In this document: positions 47,915 to 63,009 of the stretch, one piece after another
Layout of the letters: each line of letters begins with the position of its first letter
How positions within the stretch are numbered: the stretch's first letter is position 1
Assembly (NCBI GenBank): GCA_050084515.1
Contig: CM114271.1
Location: 26,598,001-26,662,000 of the forward strand
Direction of reading: 5' to 3'
Source: Blasia pusilla
Lineage: Eukaryota
DNA length: 64,000 nucleotides
Notes under the pieces: generated by a model
Databases searched by the model: none
What the model saw: the letters and a program-made list of their open reading frames with translations, nothing else
Told to the model about the DNA's origin: nothing
Made by a program: the position numbers and the translations under genes

Positions 47915-49809
47915 CTCTCTCCGTCCGTGTGGAGGGCGGACCGCGCGGCTAACGGATTGGATTTCATGCTTGTGGTAATGTACTCCTGCAAATGTATTTG
48001 CCATCTTTCTTAACCTGCAGGGCGATTCATGTCTCTCTCTCTCTCTCATTCTCTGAATGAGTTCTCCTCTCCTCTTCAGTGAAGAAGGAGAATAAAACGC
48101 AAGGTACGGTTGAAAGTAGCGTAGATCCTAACGAACTCCTGTAAAATAAACATGGAAGTAAACGCTATTAGTTGCCATAACCGTATTTCCAACCCTAGGT
48201 CGTTTGTAGCCTCCCGTCTTGTTATTTGTTCCGACGGATATTAAGGTATGTATGTGCTGAAGGAACCGAGGCGGTCTCCCGCGGGAAGACCGCTGTAAGC
48301 GCATGTCAGGTTAGTAGGTAGGTCACCTAAGGTTAGTCGTAGCGCTTCGGTTTAGTTTAAGCCGGCTGATTAATTTATTTAATTTACTGTACCTGTAGGT
48401 GAAGTCTCATAGGAAACATGAGATTGCCATGTGTGACCCCTAATCGGAGAGGTCCAATAGGAGAACTTCTCTATGTCATTTAGACTTGTTGTCTAGTTTA
48501 GATGACATCAAGCTAGAAGAACGAGGACCGCCCCCTCTTTTTTTCCCTCCGGTGGATATTTCGCAAGTTCCCTGAATTCCCATATCTTACTTGATTTCCG
48601 ATCATACCCAATAGAAGTTTGGACCAAATGTGGCGGATCTTATTGTCGAAGGTGCAAAAGTGGACGTTTCATTCTACTAAGCTGAAGGTATGGGAGTATG
48701 CACACGACTAGCATTCCTTCAAAGTTGTAGTGTCATCTCGTAGAAGATTATATCCATGTTATCAACTTTGTCATTTCCCGAGAGATGTAAAGTGGTGTAT
48801 AAGCACTGACTGCCCTTGTATGTGTCGTCCGAATTCTTTTTCCATTTCAGAAATTATCTCTCTATTGTTCCACACCAAGAAAATTTTATTTCTAGCTTGT
48901 GTCATCAAATTTCCATGTTCATTTTGGTTTCCGTCATTTTCGTTGTTCACTTTCTTGGTGCATTTCATCAACAATTCAAAAACCACCTGAAAGATGTCAT
49001 TAAACCTTGTTTACTTTTTGGGTGTATTTCATGAACCTAGCTAGAACATGCCATTAAACAAGTTTCTAAGACACGTACATAAATGAGTGCCTCTAAATCA
49101 TACATCATTGCGTGAAAGTATTCTCCTCTAAGAGAGGAGGGATGGATGGATGGAACATATGTCCGTCTTCCCCTTATGTGGTCGAGTTACCTCATTCTTG
49201 GTTCTTCGCCCATCTATAGAGCCCGCCTCTATGCATGGGCAACCCAATGCTCTCTTCTCCACATGTCTTCTCCCTTCCAGGTTTCCTCCATTGATGGTTT
49301 ATGTTGTGTTCCTTTATTAACCATCCAAGATCTTCATATATAGATATGTAGGATTGGAGACTTAAGTCACCTTCACATGGTACAAATTTGTGAGTCTTCA
49401 AAGAAATAAGGCCAAGAAAATAACAAGACAAATCTATATTCACATCATTTTGTGCAACCACTTGTGTTGTTATTAGAGAATTTAGGAGATTCACTTTACT
49501 ATACAAAAAAATCACATAAAATAACAAGGAAAATCAAGATCCCAAGAGGGGAAGGAGGCCAAAAATGCAAAAAGAAATGGCAAAAGTCAACACATCATCA
49601 TGTTTACATGAGATAATGCTCATACCCTTTGCATCAATAGATTCCCAACATATAAGATTGGGCACACCTAGAAGAGAAGGTTAAGGAAGTCTAAAGTATA
49701 TTAGCAATGCTCTCTAGAATATACTTTATACAAAGAAAAACTGGCACCATAGTAGGATTCAAAAGAAGCCAATGCTAAAGAAGTTCAATATCTTGGAATG
49801 AAGCTTTTG

Positions 49810-50253
49810 CATGGTTGCTAAAAAATGAATTTGTCCATCCATGGGAAAACTTGTTTGGACATGTCCGCGGACATGCCATCCCGCACTCGTTCTCGCACCG
49901 TGGCCCGTGTCCCTGCCGCAACCCCTGCCCGCATTCAGCCAGTGCCCAGCCCCCGTCCCTCCTATGCGGGCCGGATACAAACCCTCACGGGCCAGACATA
50001 GACCCCCACAATTTGTACTTTTAAAATTTTTGAAAAAAAAAATTCTAGCCCGCGCGGGCTGCAGTCCACGCCCCTCCCACGTAGGCCGGATGTGGGCCCC
50101 AAGAGAGCCAAGGTCGCGAGAAGGATGCGGGCCAATAATCTTGTGCGGTGCGAGATCGGGTGTGGGCAAGGTAGCCCATGTGCGAGATGCGGGCGTTTGG
50201 GTCGCACGAACATGTCCGTCCCTAGGACGGACATAAGCTTGCATGCAACCCTT
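49810..50253. mobile_element. hAT-type MITE, same TIR family as 9080-10143
   Basis: Termini CATGGTTGCT...ATGCAACCCTT. Perfect 8-bp TSD AGCTTTTG at 49802-49809 and 50254-50261. Confidence 0.9.
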
Positions 50254-51229
50254 AGCTTTTGACGTTCATCAAATTCTTCTCTAATCCATTGATTAAAAGA
50301 GGGTTGAATCCCTCGTGTAGCTAGTGGAAGAAGAGTTTGGGCAGATCCCACTATTTTTTAATAAGAGATCTCCCTCCTCAACATGACCCATGTAATCCAT
50401 CAAGATAAGCGTATCTCCTCAAAGAAACTTTGTAGTCATGACAAAGGCAACCAAAGCCCAACTCCCCAAAAATATTGTTGTGCAATTATGAAAATGGAGT
50501 AAAGGGTGCAACCCTAAGCCCTTCATGCCTAAAAAAAAAGGCAAGGTACTTTTTCATAAAGTCAAAACATCATGGACTATATTAAAAAAAATTAAATCAA
50601 GAAGTTGAAAAATATTTCCATGACATAGGTATCAAGAGGCCAATCAATGTAAAAACTATGAGGTGGGAGGAAAACTATGAAGAAGGTAAGAAGCACATTC
50701 AAGATAAAAGTGACTGAGAATCCTATTGTCGTCCGCCAAAATCCTCTTGAACGCCAATCTTTAGTGTTACGGAAGTGTACGTTCAGTAGGACACGCTCAC
50801 TATTGATCTGCAGTCACACACACTCACGTTAATCTGGTCTGGGTCAATCAACCTTCTAACCCACCTGATTCTCATCTCAGCACTTCATCAAGCTCAACCT
50901 TCTTTATGCCTAGCTTCCCAATGCAGGCAAGTCTTACAAGGCTTAAGACAAACTTTCTAATTAGTACAAGCACCTAAATGGCGTTCTCACGCCTAGCCAT
51001 CCTAATTGTCCAATGGACCTCGCATGAGCCCGAAATCGAGACCCAACTAAATGAATCACGAGTTGGAATCCAATAGGGACCTCCAAAATTCACTCTATTG
51101 GATTTGGTTCAGATTACGAATCCCAACGCCAAAACTCTCGATCCATTTTATGCCCTTGGGTAATCCCGCGGCGCCCCAAAGTCAACTTCGAGTCCCAAGC
51201 ACTCTTGAAAACCTTCCTCTTTACTATTA

Positions 51230-51500
51230 CTTCTTGGGTTCTCCACCCTTCCCCTATATTTGGGTAAGGGATGTTTGGGCCATATTTTCTGGCCCTCGAC
51301 CCAACTCACCGTAGTCACTTTTTAGAAGATGCTAAACCTCTACTTGTGCGTTTGCTGAGATCTTTCGCGCGTTGGAACCCATTTTGCATAAATTTTCCAA
51401 AGTCATCTTACTTGTCCCAAACACATCTCAGGACTAAGCATTGTGGTCCAAAGTATGATCAAAACCCTACAAGCTAGTGATGTTCCAAATTCAATTCTCA
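51230..51500. repeat. Dispersed repeat, probably LTR-derived; second copy at about 60660-60930
   Basis: Shared blocks such as TGTCCCAAACACATCTYAGGA.TAA.CATT.TGGTCCAAA and TTTGCT.AGATCTTT. Confidence 0.6.
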
Positions 51501-54500
51501 CATCTTTGGCAACAAATTTTCCTAGAATCGACTCCTCTCAAATTTTGGTTCATGTTTGATTCAGATTTCATCATCACGACATAAAACATGAAACGCTCAT
51601 TCTTATTGGCATCTCGTTTCTGGTTCTAGTGTCCCGTTTCAAGTTCGTTTTGATCATGAAGGTTAGGACACCTATAAACAACTTTAGGATCCCTTATATT
51701 AGATGGGAAATGAAATCATTCTATTCCTTCCAAAAGAGCCATAAATATTCATTAATCTTTAAAATGAAGTGTAGGCTCAAAAAGTAAAACTTTGAAACCT
51801 ACTTACTCAAAATGCTTATATTTTGCATGTTGCAAAAAGTAGAAAAAGAGAGCTTCCCATGGTTTTTTCCTCTTTGCTCATACCCTAAGGATCTTTGCAT
51901 CTTTACTCCAAACCACATCTCCCTAAGAGGATTTTGAGCTTTTATGATATAGCTCCACCAATGTCATAGCACATGGTAAGTTAAAATGCTAGAGTCAAAT
52001 CTTTCTTTAGCATTGTTTTTTTTCTATTTTAATGATTTTCCTTGACAATCCAATGTGAATGCTATGACGAACCCATTGTGAATACTATCACTATGTCAAG
52101 CTCCCCAGTTTGACAAAACCTTCTATACACTCTTGTAAGTAGGTACCATGGACACATGGGAAGCTCCCAACAACCCATTTTTGCACCTTGAATAAATTTT
52201 ACCCAAGACAGTGTGACAAAAAGCACCTGTTCTTCAAAACTACTGTCAATTATCGACTATGCCATTTTCCACCTAAAGTGTTCGAGCATAGACAAATTAT
52301 AGATTTCTCTCTAGAATAGGATCCACCCCCTAGAAAGGCTCAACAAATGATGTTTTTTCCGTACTGGAAGAGATAAAGACGACATGCTTACCATGGAACA
52401 ACTCTCAATTCAGAAAAACAAACATAGGTTGGAGTATAGGAAATGATGACGTGTTTCCAAAAGGCACCTAACAAAGAATGTAACTCATCCGTGCTTCACA
52501 CATTTGCGACAATGGAGAAGTGTACACTAGTTAGCAATATATACACATTCCAATAGGCTCCAAGTACAAACTTCAATTGACAAACCACTGAAGTTCTGAT
52601 TAAATGTGATTAAATCTTACCCTTCAGCCAGTAACTCATATACTATGAGGGAATCTGTCTTAAGTCCCTTGTCATAATGTGTTGAATGGATGAACTTCCA
52701 TGGGGCACAAGGTTATCATCCAACGTTGAAATTCCAGGGAAAGAAGTTTGTAGTATATGGTAGGAGCCGAAATTAAGTCTCAGCTAGCTTTCATACCCTA
52801 CAAACCAAAGTACATCCCCACTGCAGGCAGGAACCAACTCCAATAGAATATCTTGTTTCCCGACTGTACCTACTGAACCATACCAAAAAGAGCCAGCTCT
52901 CCACCCATGCCCATTCCATTCTTTGAATGTAATTTACAGCATAGCCTGGCCAAAGGCCATGTATAGACGTCTACAACTATCTCTACAAATAAAGGTTGAC
53001 GTTTCTGGCCAGACAAGACCGACATCATAACATGCGAACTACTTACACAGCTATCCATACACTTTCATACTCCAAATTCCTAGAATCTCTCTAAAGAGGC
53101 TAAAAACCAACCATTAATCCCAAGTCTATACCTCATAAAGAGCTTCAAAGTTCTACACCTACAACAATCACAATGACTCAGAGAAGATCAGAATCCCCTA
53201 TCGCTTATGAATCACTGGGTCCAGCCTCGAGTTCAGTGTCTTCAGCAGAGACCTTGTCACTATTACCCTTACGGGAACTATTACCACCCACCATTGGGGC
53301 AGGTACCCTATCTTCTTCAACTGCCTCCTCGGCAGAACTATGACTAGCTTCTGCTACATTCAATCCTGGATCCTTCATTTCATCACCTGCTATCGATCGC
53401 ATCACAGTCAAAAAACTCAAGGTACTCAGCAATCACATAAGTCTTGAAACTCAAAATTGAGAATATCTCTTGACCTACTGAGAACTGTCCACCAACTCTT
53501 GGCCATTGTGTATTTTCAATCCTAGTCACACTATTTCAGGACCCTGGGAAGTCATGGAATCTTAAACCCAACCAATTTTGGTACACACACGTTTTCTGAG
53601 AGCCTTGCAGAGAGTGTAGGTCTGTAGCAATAAATCTAAAGGTAGGGGAAAGACTCAGAATGAGTTTGGATCAGGAAAAAACCTTGGTCTTGTGACACAA
53701 TCGTGTTTTTTTTCTTCCAGTACTCATCCAGATCAGCATCCAAAGACTGTCCTCCAAGTTTTTTATCCTTCATACGCCACTGGTGGGATAAAGTCCATTC
53801 ATTATAAGCAAAACAAACTCACCTCTACACTTTATGATGCTCATAACTGTTAATCAACGAAACTTTAGAGTGTGATGTTCCAAGAATTCAGCCTGGAAAT
53901 ATCTCAAGCTCAAATACACTTAGTGTTGAGCCACATTACACAGAATGGACCAACTGAACCCACCTCATCTAGGTCAGCATCCAGGGCTTCTTTTGTCAAA
54001 TTTTTTCGACCTCGTCCACCTATCAATATAACCAGACAAACTGTAAGATTAAACCCTTCGTTGGAATCTTAGGTGACCAACCCAAGTTATTGTGCATCCT
54101 TAGTCGTGATACTAACTCCTGCTTTATGTGGAGTCAAAGTCCACAGAATGTCACACTTCACATCAACTTACCATGACTAACTCATAGCAATATCCACAAA
54201 CTCAAGCCTTCACTCAGCTGAGTAACTGATGAATCTAAAAGAAGCTTCAAGGAAAACCTCAAATCTAATACCTTCAGAAGGTTAAGGTTCTATGTCATAA
54301 TGGGTCAAAGCCAGTTCTCACTGACAGTAAAGCATCAGCATTTTGAATCCCTAAGGACCATATTACGGCGACATTGCCTACTTTTGAGTCGACGAGGATG
54401 CTGACACACTCATTAGTGAAAACCTGTGCTGCAAACTGAAGTCTCCCATAACCCAGACTTAATACTCCTAAAAGAAAAAGATATCCCATGGGAGAGCACA

Positions 54501-56377
54501 TTCATAGTCTAAAGGAACCTCTGCAGCACGTTGACATATCATGATGCAAAGTCGGGTCAGTTCTAAAATGTCATAAGTGAGATTGGAGAAAAGTGAATGC
54601 ATTAATCAGCTTGCAGGCCACAAAAAGACCAAACTACATTGCAATACATTGTGAGAATTCGCCCGAGGCAAGCTTATGCCACTTTCACAGTATCAAATAT
54701 GCCCTAAAAGATACAATTCACGATTGTGAAATTGCTGGACTTTCTATTTGCTTCTTTCACCGGCAGTCGGTCTAGGTAATACCTACTACTCCACCGCACA
54801 GGTAAAGCTGAAAACATATTCTATTTAGAGCCAGATCCAATAACTGCAGCGGCCACCTTCTCTGCAATTGAGCCAGCTTTCCTCTCTTTCTCTTTTGAAC
54901 AACAAACTTGCACAGACATTACTCTTCACTGTGAAGATTTTAAATCGAAACACTCTGTTTTATGATGCTATGGAATCACGTGACCAGTTCAATTCTGTAG
55001 GTCTAACAATGATATTCCGTACGACCACCTTAATCTCATCGGTCACCTGTCCCTCTAACAACCTCAAGTTTGAAAAGGACGTCTAGGGTAAGAAGATGAA
55101 AGCCCTAAATTGAAACCACTGAAAGACCTCCCACAATCTAGACCTAACGTTCACAAACTACACTTTTACTGAAAAGGGTTTGGAGGGTAGAAAATGGTAT
55201 TCACAAATTAGAAGTATTAGAAATTAGTTTCCTGAAAGTATTTTGAGGGTAAAAAAATCAACTAGAAACTCACGACACTTGTGAACGTTTCCAGACATTC
55301 AATCCAGCCCCAGACATCCATCCCATGCACGCAGGATGCAATCAGACATGGAATTGAAAGGATTTGTAAGTGACGAACCCCAGGCTCGGCCACCATAACC
55401 ACGCGAATGATTACGACCGTGCACTACTGGACCTTGTGGAGGTCCCGTCGGGCGTTTGAGAATCCCCGCTCCTTGCACTCCCAGGGGCACAAATGGACGA
55501 GTGGCCGATCCGCGACCATATGTGGGACGCATCAAAGGCGGCATTGGTATCAACCCTTGCAAGTGAAAATTATTGTAACCCATCCAATTATTGTACATAT
55601 ACCCAGGCATTCCCCCATACGTCACAGCTGCTCCCATACCATTCCCGGCTCCACTTCCTCGTCCGGTGTAGCCCTGCCTGGGGCCGCCTCTTCCTTGCCC
55701 TCCCTGCATCTCCTCTCCTCACGCTTTCGCCTCCCTTCCTCCTCCCCTCTTCAGCTCTTTTTCCTCGCAAACTAACTTCAAATCACACATCCCCTTCTCG
55801 AGCCCGCGGAGACGCGCGACCCCCGCCCGCACTTGTTGCTGCTCATCGCCAATCTCACCGTTGACGGACGAATGAGCTTTGCTCCTCTGCTCCCTCTTCC
55901 TCCCGCTCCGCTGGTCTCCGCTGCCACAGGCGATGGAGCTCAAGAGACTGTTTTCCCTCCCTCCAAGAAAAGGGAGGCGCGGACATTATTTTCTCCCGTT
56001 GAATTCCGGACTTCACCGTGCTAATGCTGTACGGCCTCTTCTCGATTAGGGATCTTCGTTTAGGCAGGGCTCGAAATCGACTCCATGGCCAACAAATTAG
56101 GTCTAGAGGTAAAATTAAATTCATTTCAAAAAGTTAATCAATATAATTCTATTCAAAACCAATAAGGCCCTTTCTTTTGAGATTGGTAATCTTTTGAGTT
56201 AGGTAAAATGATGGAAGGAAATAATTAATACATGCGTGCAGAGGACGCGTGGATATTCTAGACGGCCACGAAAAAAAGAGTGAGAACCTGTAGGGGCCGA
56301 ATGTGTTCTCAAATTAATAGCATATCCGGAGTGGAGGGTATGGTTGATGCAAAAGAGGTAATCTTGCTTTATTAGAA

Positions 56378-56647
56378 CTAGCCGGTGCCTGCACGAATGT
56401 ATAGTTTTGAATTACCCATCCTCAGTGTACAAGTGAATTCGAGCCATCTTATTGGCTTAGAACGATTCTATTGACTAAAAAAGACATACGTGAAAAGGTG
56501 TGCTGATTTCAAAATAAAATGGCACTCACCAATAATAATATAAATAAATAATTTTCTACAAAATTAATCATATTCTCATATTAATAACGTATCCAAAATG
56601 GAGGGTATGGTCGATGCAGAGGAGGTAATCTTGCTTTATTAGTATAA
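56378..56647 (-). mobile_element. Probable non-autonomous mini-Helitron next to a related partial copy
   Basis: Minus strand starts TTTATACTAATAAAG (decayed TCTATACTAATA) and ends GTGCAGGCACCGGCTAG|T. About 70 bp at 56573-56642 is duplicated at 56306-56375. Confidence 0.5.
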
Positions 56648-56969
56648 ATTAATTTGTGGCCTTTCCAAAGAGAAGGAAGAAGATAATTATCATACATGTG
56701 TGTAGGATATGCGGATAGATTAGATGGCGAGGGGAAAAAAAACAAGGAAAACTTGTAAGGATCGTAATAAAGTTCTATGAGGGGACACTCCTACCTGTCA
56801 AGTTGGACTATTTTAAACTAGTTCTATATATCCCCTACAATACCATGGGATTATCCCCATTGTAATAGAATATTACTAATGAGTTTTTTCAGCTTTAAGA
56901 ATAAATCTCTTTACGAAAAACCTTTTTGGTGAATGTGTCTAATAGATTCATTTCCTGCCACTATATGAA

Positions 56970-57152
56970 CTAGTATGATGTCGGTGTTATGCATGTGTGA
57001 GCGGAAAAAAATTCATCCCTCAAGTCTATTATCCTCTTAATTTTAACTCTTCTTTAAATCTGACATGTGTCAACATCATAAGAGGTTGGAAAGGATAGGT
57101 GTCAACACCATAGGAGGGTTTCTCGAACCCCATCTTCTCTTAATAATATAGA
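56970..57152 (-). mobile_element. 183-bp non-autonomous mini-Helitron
   Basis: Minus strand A|TCTATATTATTAAG ... CATCATACTAG|T: canonical TC/CTAG termini inserted between A and T. Confidence 0.7.
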
Positions 57153-57594
57153 TTGGACTCTTAGTACCTACAAAGAGGTTTCTTCACTTCAAGTGGTCAT
57201 TTGTAGCCTTGGAACTCTTAGATTATTTGAAAATAGTCCCATCGTGCTCATGTATGCACTACATTGGGATTCAATCCTATTCTAATAGAGAACCATTGAG
57301 AGTTTTTTTTTCCAAATTTAAGATATAACTTATTTATAAACAATATTCGTGTGAATATACCGTCTTTGACAAAACTAGATTCACTTCTTGGCTTTATATG
57401 ATCAAGTTGAGCTTCTAGTACATACTTTATAGTGAACCATGAATGATTTTCCACAAGAAAATGCAATGATCGACATACATATCATAAAATGACTTGTGTA
57501 TGTTCAAGTTATATGTGTGCATTTGTCACCGTCTAGGATAAGGTGATAAGTCTTTTTGTAGATTCTACAGCAATCACTTCTTATCCCTACCTTT

Positions 57595-57600
<6 letters not shown>

Positions 57601-57672
<72 letters not shown>
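57601..57672. repeat. (GA)36 microsatellite
   Basis: Direct read. Confidence 0.97.
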
Positions 57673-57676
<4 letters not shown>

Positions 57677-59545
57677 ATTGTATTTCATAATTTGTGCATC
57701 ATTATCCAACTTATAAGTGTACCATCTAAGAACACCTACAACTTTTTATTATCTCCATATATTCCATATTATAAAATAAATAATCAAATACCTCAAAAAA
57801 ATTTAAATCATATCTTCTAGCATACCTCTAGTAAATTGGATTTCCCTCCTTGTCTTGTGCTTTCATAGAAGAAAAGATTCTGGAAACCCCCTTGGTATAT
57901 TTTCTCATTATTTTATCCATACATGGTACGCTTGGATTAAGGTTGTCACGTGGTCCATGCATTATAACATTAGACACAATATAATACAGCCATAAATGTA
58001 TTATGGAATATGCAATCTTCGCTAATATAATTGCATCATTATCACCATAAGTACATGACAATATAAGGACACAAGGAGAGCCCCTCTTCTAGAACTCTAC
58101 CATATGAATGAAGTCAACAATTCATCCTAAAATATCCTTCTTTAAAATAAGAGAATAATCTAAAATTTTCTTTTTCTCAAACACTCGTACGACCAAATCT
58201 TAGTGATAAAAAATTCTCATGTATATATGTAAGCAATGATAATAAATCTTTCTCCCACTTAACATTGCTTTTAACGATAAAATAGTGTGCCTTTCCAAAG
58301 TGTCTTGAGATTTCCATCATATTTAGATCAAAGTTATGCATATGATGTGAACTCTCGATGAAAGAGAATGGAAGCACATACATGATGCCTCAAAATCCCA
58401 CTATCACCATTGTCCTTGACAACCTTCAATCCTTTATATAATTATGCATGTAACTCTTTCTTTCTCATTCCCAAAACCCACAAATTTTTTTGCATCCCAA
58501 CAATGGCATAATATCCACCATATACCATTGAGTTAACCCTCTTAAAGATATCATTCATTACCATATTCCTCTTGAAATATTTTTTGAATGAAAAATGCAC
58601 CAAATTGTAAGATCGTAATAATATTCCTATTCCCCCTTATTGTTGGATTATTATTATCATCGAGAGAGAATTCCCTCATAGTACATGAAAGCACTCATAA
58701 CTTCATCGACTCTACCAAGATTCACAACACCCTATATTTGGCTATTTTTTTGAATGTGACAAGGAGAAAATTGCCCATGGATACTAGGATAACAACAAGC
58801 TTCTCCATAGGGAGATAACCAAAAAAAATACAAGGGAATATTTTCCTTGTTAAGATTGGGTAAACAACACACTTGCCCCCTCTGTAGTTACATAATCATA
58901 TCTCTTTTTTCTCTTAAACTATCCACCATCCAAAAAGTTTGCAACAAACTCATAAGCAGTTGGTAGAATTTATATATCTTCACCTAAGGACTTCCCTAAC
59001 TACTCTCCAAGATGATTAATAATCACGACATGTTGCTTCCTTTCCAATTTGTCAAAATCTCAAGAAAATTGGATTGTCTCTCTATAACATCTATTGTAGA
59101 TCTAATAGAATATTTTGATCCAAGCCATTAGCCATAACCCTTCGTTTCTTCTTGATCTCATGGTTTGTATCGTAAATATAAACTTGAGAAAGTTGGAAGA
59201 TCCCTCTATCTTCTAGATTAAGTGACAAAGGAATAAGAAATTCAACATTAAATTAAATAAAGTCATATATCACCAAACTACTTAGCAACGTGTGATGCAA
59301 TATATACCAATTGAAAGGCCAAATTATAGGTACGAGCATGAATAATAAAGTGAGCACTTTGAGGCCGAAAGTATGAAATGAACTTCATCCATAAGGGATG
59401 ATATACCTTTAAGAATGGAAGTTGTTATTGCCCATATTCACATAATGTTCAAAAAGATGAGTTTTTATACTCTGTATTCTTTCGCCTCTTACACTTATAT
59501 TGCAAAGTAGAGCAAGATAAATATATCTTTGTTGTGAAACCCAAT

Positions 59546-59841
59546 CAAGGTTGCATGTGGATAGAGTCCGTCTCCATGGACATGTGTGTTGTTTGTGGAC
59601 TTGCGTCCGTCCTATGGAAAGACTAGTCCATGTGGGCCCCACCTTCCCCATCTTTCCCATTCCTCCCACTTACCTTCATGTTCCATACTCTCAAGTTTCT
59701 TCCTCCCTCCACCTCCACTCCCTCCCCCTTATTGTACCACTCGCCTTTGCTTTGCCTTCCATCATGAACTATAAGTGCGGATCCCACCTCTTGCAATTCA
59801 TATCCAACTTGTTTGTCCTTGTCCATTTTTTTGTAACCATA
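59546..59841. mobile_element. hAT-type MITE, uninterrupted relative of the 9080-10143 element
   Basis: Termini CAAGGTTGCATG...TTTGTAACCATA. Collinear with 9080-9285 plus 10011-10143. TSD decayed (AACCCAAT / CATCCTAT). Confidence 0.8.
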
Positions 59842-62800
59842 CATCCTATACTATGACGTTTTCTTATTGAATGTAGATTACATCCTCATCCTTCTCTCAC
59901 GACATCCTAATCTTTGAAATTTGTTATTTGATGCAACATTAAGATATTTATCACCTCTAAATTTTAGCATGATGAGGTCAAGTTTGGATGTTTGTTGACA
60001 TCTATATGATTATTGGAGAGTGCATCTTCAATTTGGAAAATTTTCTCCTCTTGATACTTGGCATTTATAGCCAATATGTTTGGTTTCTCTTGTTAACCAA
60101 TAGAATCGTTCAAAATCAATATCAAATGAAGTTTGAAAATTGTGAGAGTTAATTATGAGAGATAATATAAACTCGTACATCGCATGGCTTACAATAGTAT
60201 TTTATACTAGACGTGATATGCGTAGTGATGTGGTTATACAACTTAATTACATCACCAAGAGTAACTCCGTGAGGCTAACAACGTCATCCTCATATTTATT
60301 GGTGGTTTTTGGAGATATAACATGCATGTTGACTTCCGTTACCAAGAGCGTTCATTGTGTCATTTTGAGAGCATTCCCTAAGAACAATATAAGATAGATG
60401 TTGGATGTATATTTTGACCATATCTCTATTTTTTCATATTTGTTTATGAGCTTATAATATAATTTCTCCATAAAATTTTCTCATCAATTTAACATGTTAT
60501 TTTAGAACTTAACATCCACTATTAATAAAGTATAAACAGAAATAAACACTAACATGACTATATTGTTCTTTATCAATAAATGCTTTATATAAGTTAAGTG
60601 TTTCATTACTAGTCTCAGGGTTTGGCTCCCAAGAATCCTTGGAGACATTTCCCCTTACTATTACTTATGGGGATCTCCGCCCTTCCCCTAACTTTGGGGA
60701 AAATATAGTAGGGGCCCTCTTTTTGGCCCTCAACCCAACTCCTCCTATTGTTGTTTTAGGCAAATATCTCATCTTGTGCTTGTTCATTTGCTAAGATCTT
60801 TGATGCGTTAGAAGTGGAATTGCATCAACTTTCCAACGCCACCATACGTGTCCCAAACACATCTTAGGAGTAAACATTATGGTCCAAAACACAATTGAAA
60901 AACCTAAACGCATGTCATGTTCCAAATATGGTTCTCTCTTAGAGAAGATGTAAAATTTTCTCTTTTTTGCCTCTTGAAAGATCCTTGTGGATATCACCCA
61001 TATCAAGTGTGTTGGAAGGAATCATCAATCTATGCCCAAAAATGAAAATTTTATTTTAGAGGCACATAATGACTATAAGATAGCTTGTCACAAATTCATG
61101 TGCAAAATAATGGAAGGTTTTTAGAACATATGTGAGATATGGAAAACTCGGTGGAGCAAATTGTGGTTAACGTTTATCTCACATCTTCTCCTTAGTACCT
61201 CAACACAAAGTGCCCTTCAAACGTCTCTTGTATCCGTTGGTTTCGAAGGAATACAAAGCATATATGTAAATACATGCATTGATATTAGAATATAAACCAA
61301 ATTCAAGGATCCATTCCCTATAATACAAATTACATACATGGAATTAGTGGATCTAGGATGTGAGGCAAGCGTAGATTGGAGAAGAGGACATTGATGTCAA
61401 TACTTCTAACTCAAGGGCTCATCTTCTTCTTTGTGTGATACATTTCATCACTTTTCGTGCAACAATTGCATGTGTTGGAGGAATTTATTTATTTATCCTA
61501 AATTGGTTCTCAACATTCAACGAGGGTGAAGGAGATTTCACATCCATTCACATTAATATAGAAAAATATTAAAAATATTTAAAAAATCCAACCCAAATTC
61601 CTTAGTAATAAACTATCTTAACTAGGATCCAATATATTATTCTACAAATAGTTAAATTACTTACCTAAATAAATAGCCAAAAAAAAAGATTGAACCCCAA
61701 CCCTAGATTTATAATCAAAATTTATAAACCACATCCTAAGATTAATAGCAAATACAAAGTGGGACTCTTCATGCCAACTATCCATGCATACAACCCACAT
61801 GTCAACAAGCTATGTCTACTCCTTGAGTCAACCATTGGAGAGCTACATTGACCATAACTTCTAGATTCAAAAGCTTGCAGTCAATGTAAGATCACGGCTA
61901 TCCATGGGTTTTGACCATAGTAACCAATGGTTGAGCCCTAAATGTAGTGAAGCTGGGTAGGGAAGAGTTGAAGTAGGTTGGGGGATGTGAGAGGTGGAAA
62001 GAAAGGATAAAGGAGGGTTGGGTTTAAGAAGGAGGTGCTAAGGTATGAATAAAATTAAGGGTTTAGATCAGGGTTTTAAGAAGGAGGCGCCAAGGGGATT
62101 ACGAGTTGGCTTGGAAATTGATTGAGTGTTTGATGGTTCTCCTTGTTTGAGGTCATGATGGCTGTATCCAAGATGTTATTGGGATGAATAAGGCACAATT
62201 AGAAAGCTTGTGGAAAGAAAATTCCAACGCACTAAAAATGCAGACAATTGCTCGAGCATAGATCTAGACATCATCCCCAAGCTATCAGAATGATAGTTGG
62301 GTTGAAGGCCACACGGAGCGGCCCAATAATATTTTCCTAGAGGTAGGGAGGGGTGGGGATACTAAGAACTATATATAAGGGGGAGGGTCTCCAAGGGTGT
62401 TTGGAAACCTGAATCCCATCTCGGGGAACCATTGGGAGAAATCAAGGGCATGAAGTGGATCAAGAGATTAGCTCCAAGGTTTGGACACCAAGCCGAGTCC
62501 AAGTGAGCTTGTTATGGACACCAACCTTGATATGTGACTCAAAGATTGAGTCCTAATTAGAGACTTTTTTAGTTTCATTAGGAAATTGGGACTGCCACAC
62601 GCAGTAGCGCCGTTTTAGGTTTCTAGACTATCAAGAAAATATGTCTCAAGTCTTGAAGAAGATTTTTTTGTTGGGAAGTGAGGGTTAGGTTGAGCTTGAA
62701 GGATGACCCTAGACCGAGACTTGGGAGATATAATGGTGGTTGATCCAAACCATGGCTAATATGAGTGTGTTTTGGTGCAGATCTAAAAGGAGAGTGTGAC

Positions 62801-63009
62801 CTACTGAAAGCAAGTTTCCACAACATATAAGATCGGCGTTCAGGGGATTGGAGTAGGTACACGATAATAGATGGAATCATGATTAGCTTGTGGTGTAGTG
62901 GTATAAAGAGTTTGGAGTTAGGGAAAAATAAATTACTTGTAGGGGTTTGCATATGGCTTAATGTTTTTTAGATGATGGAGAAGGAAAGAAAATTGACTCT
63001 TTGTTTTGT

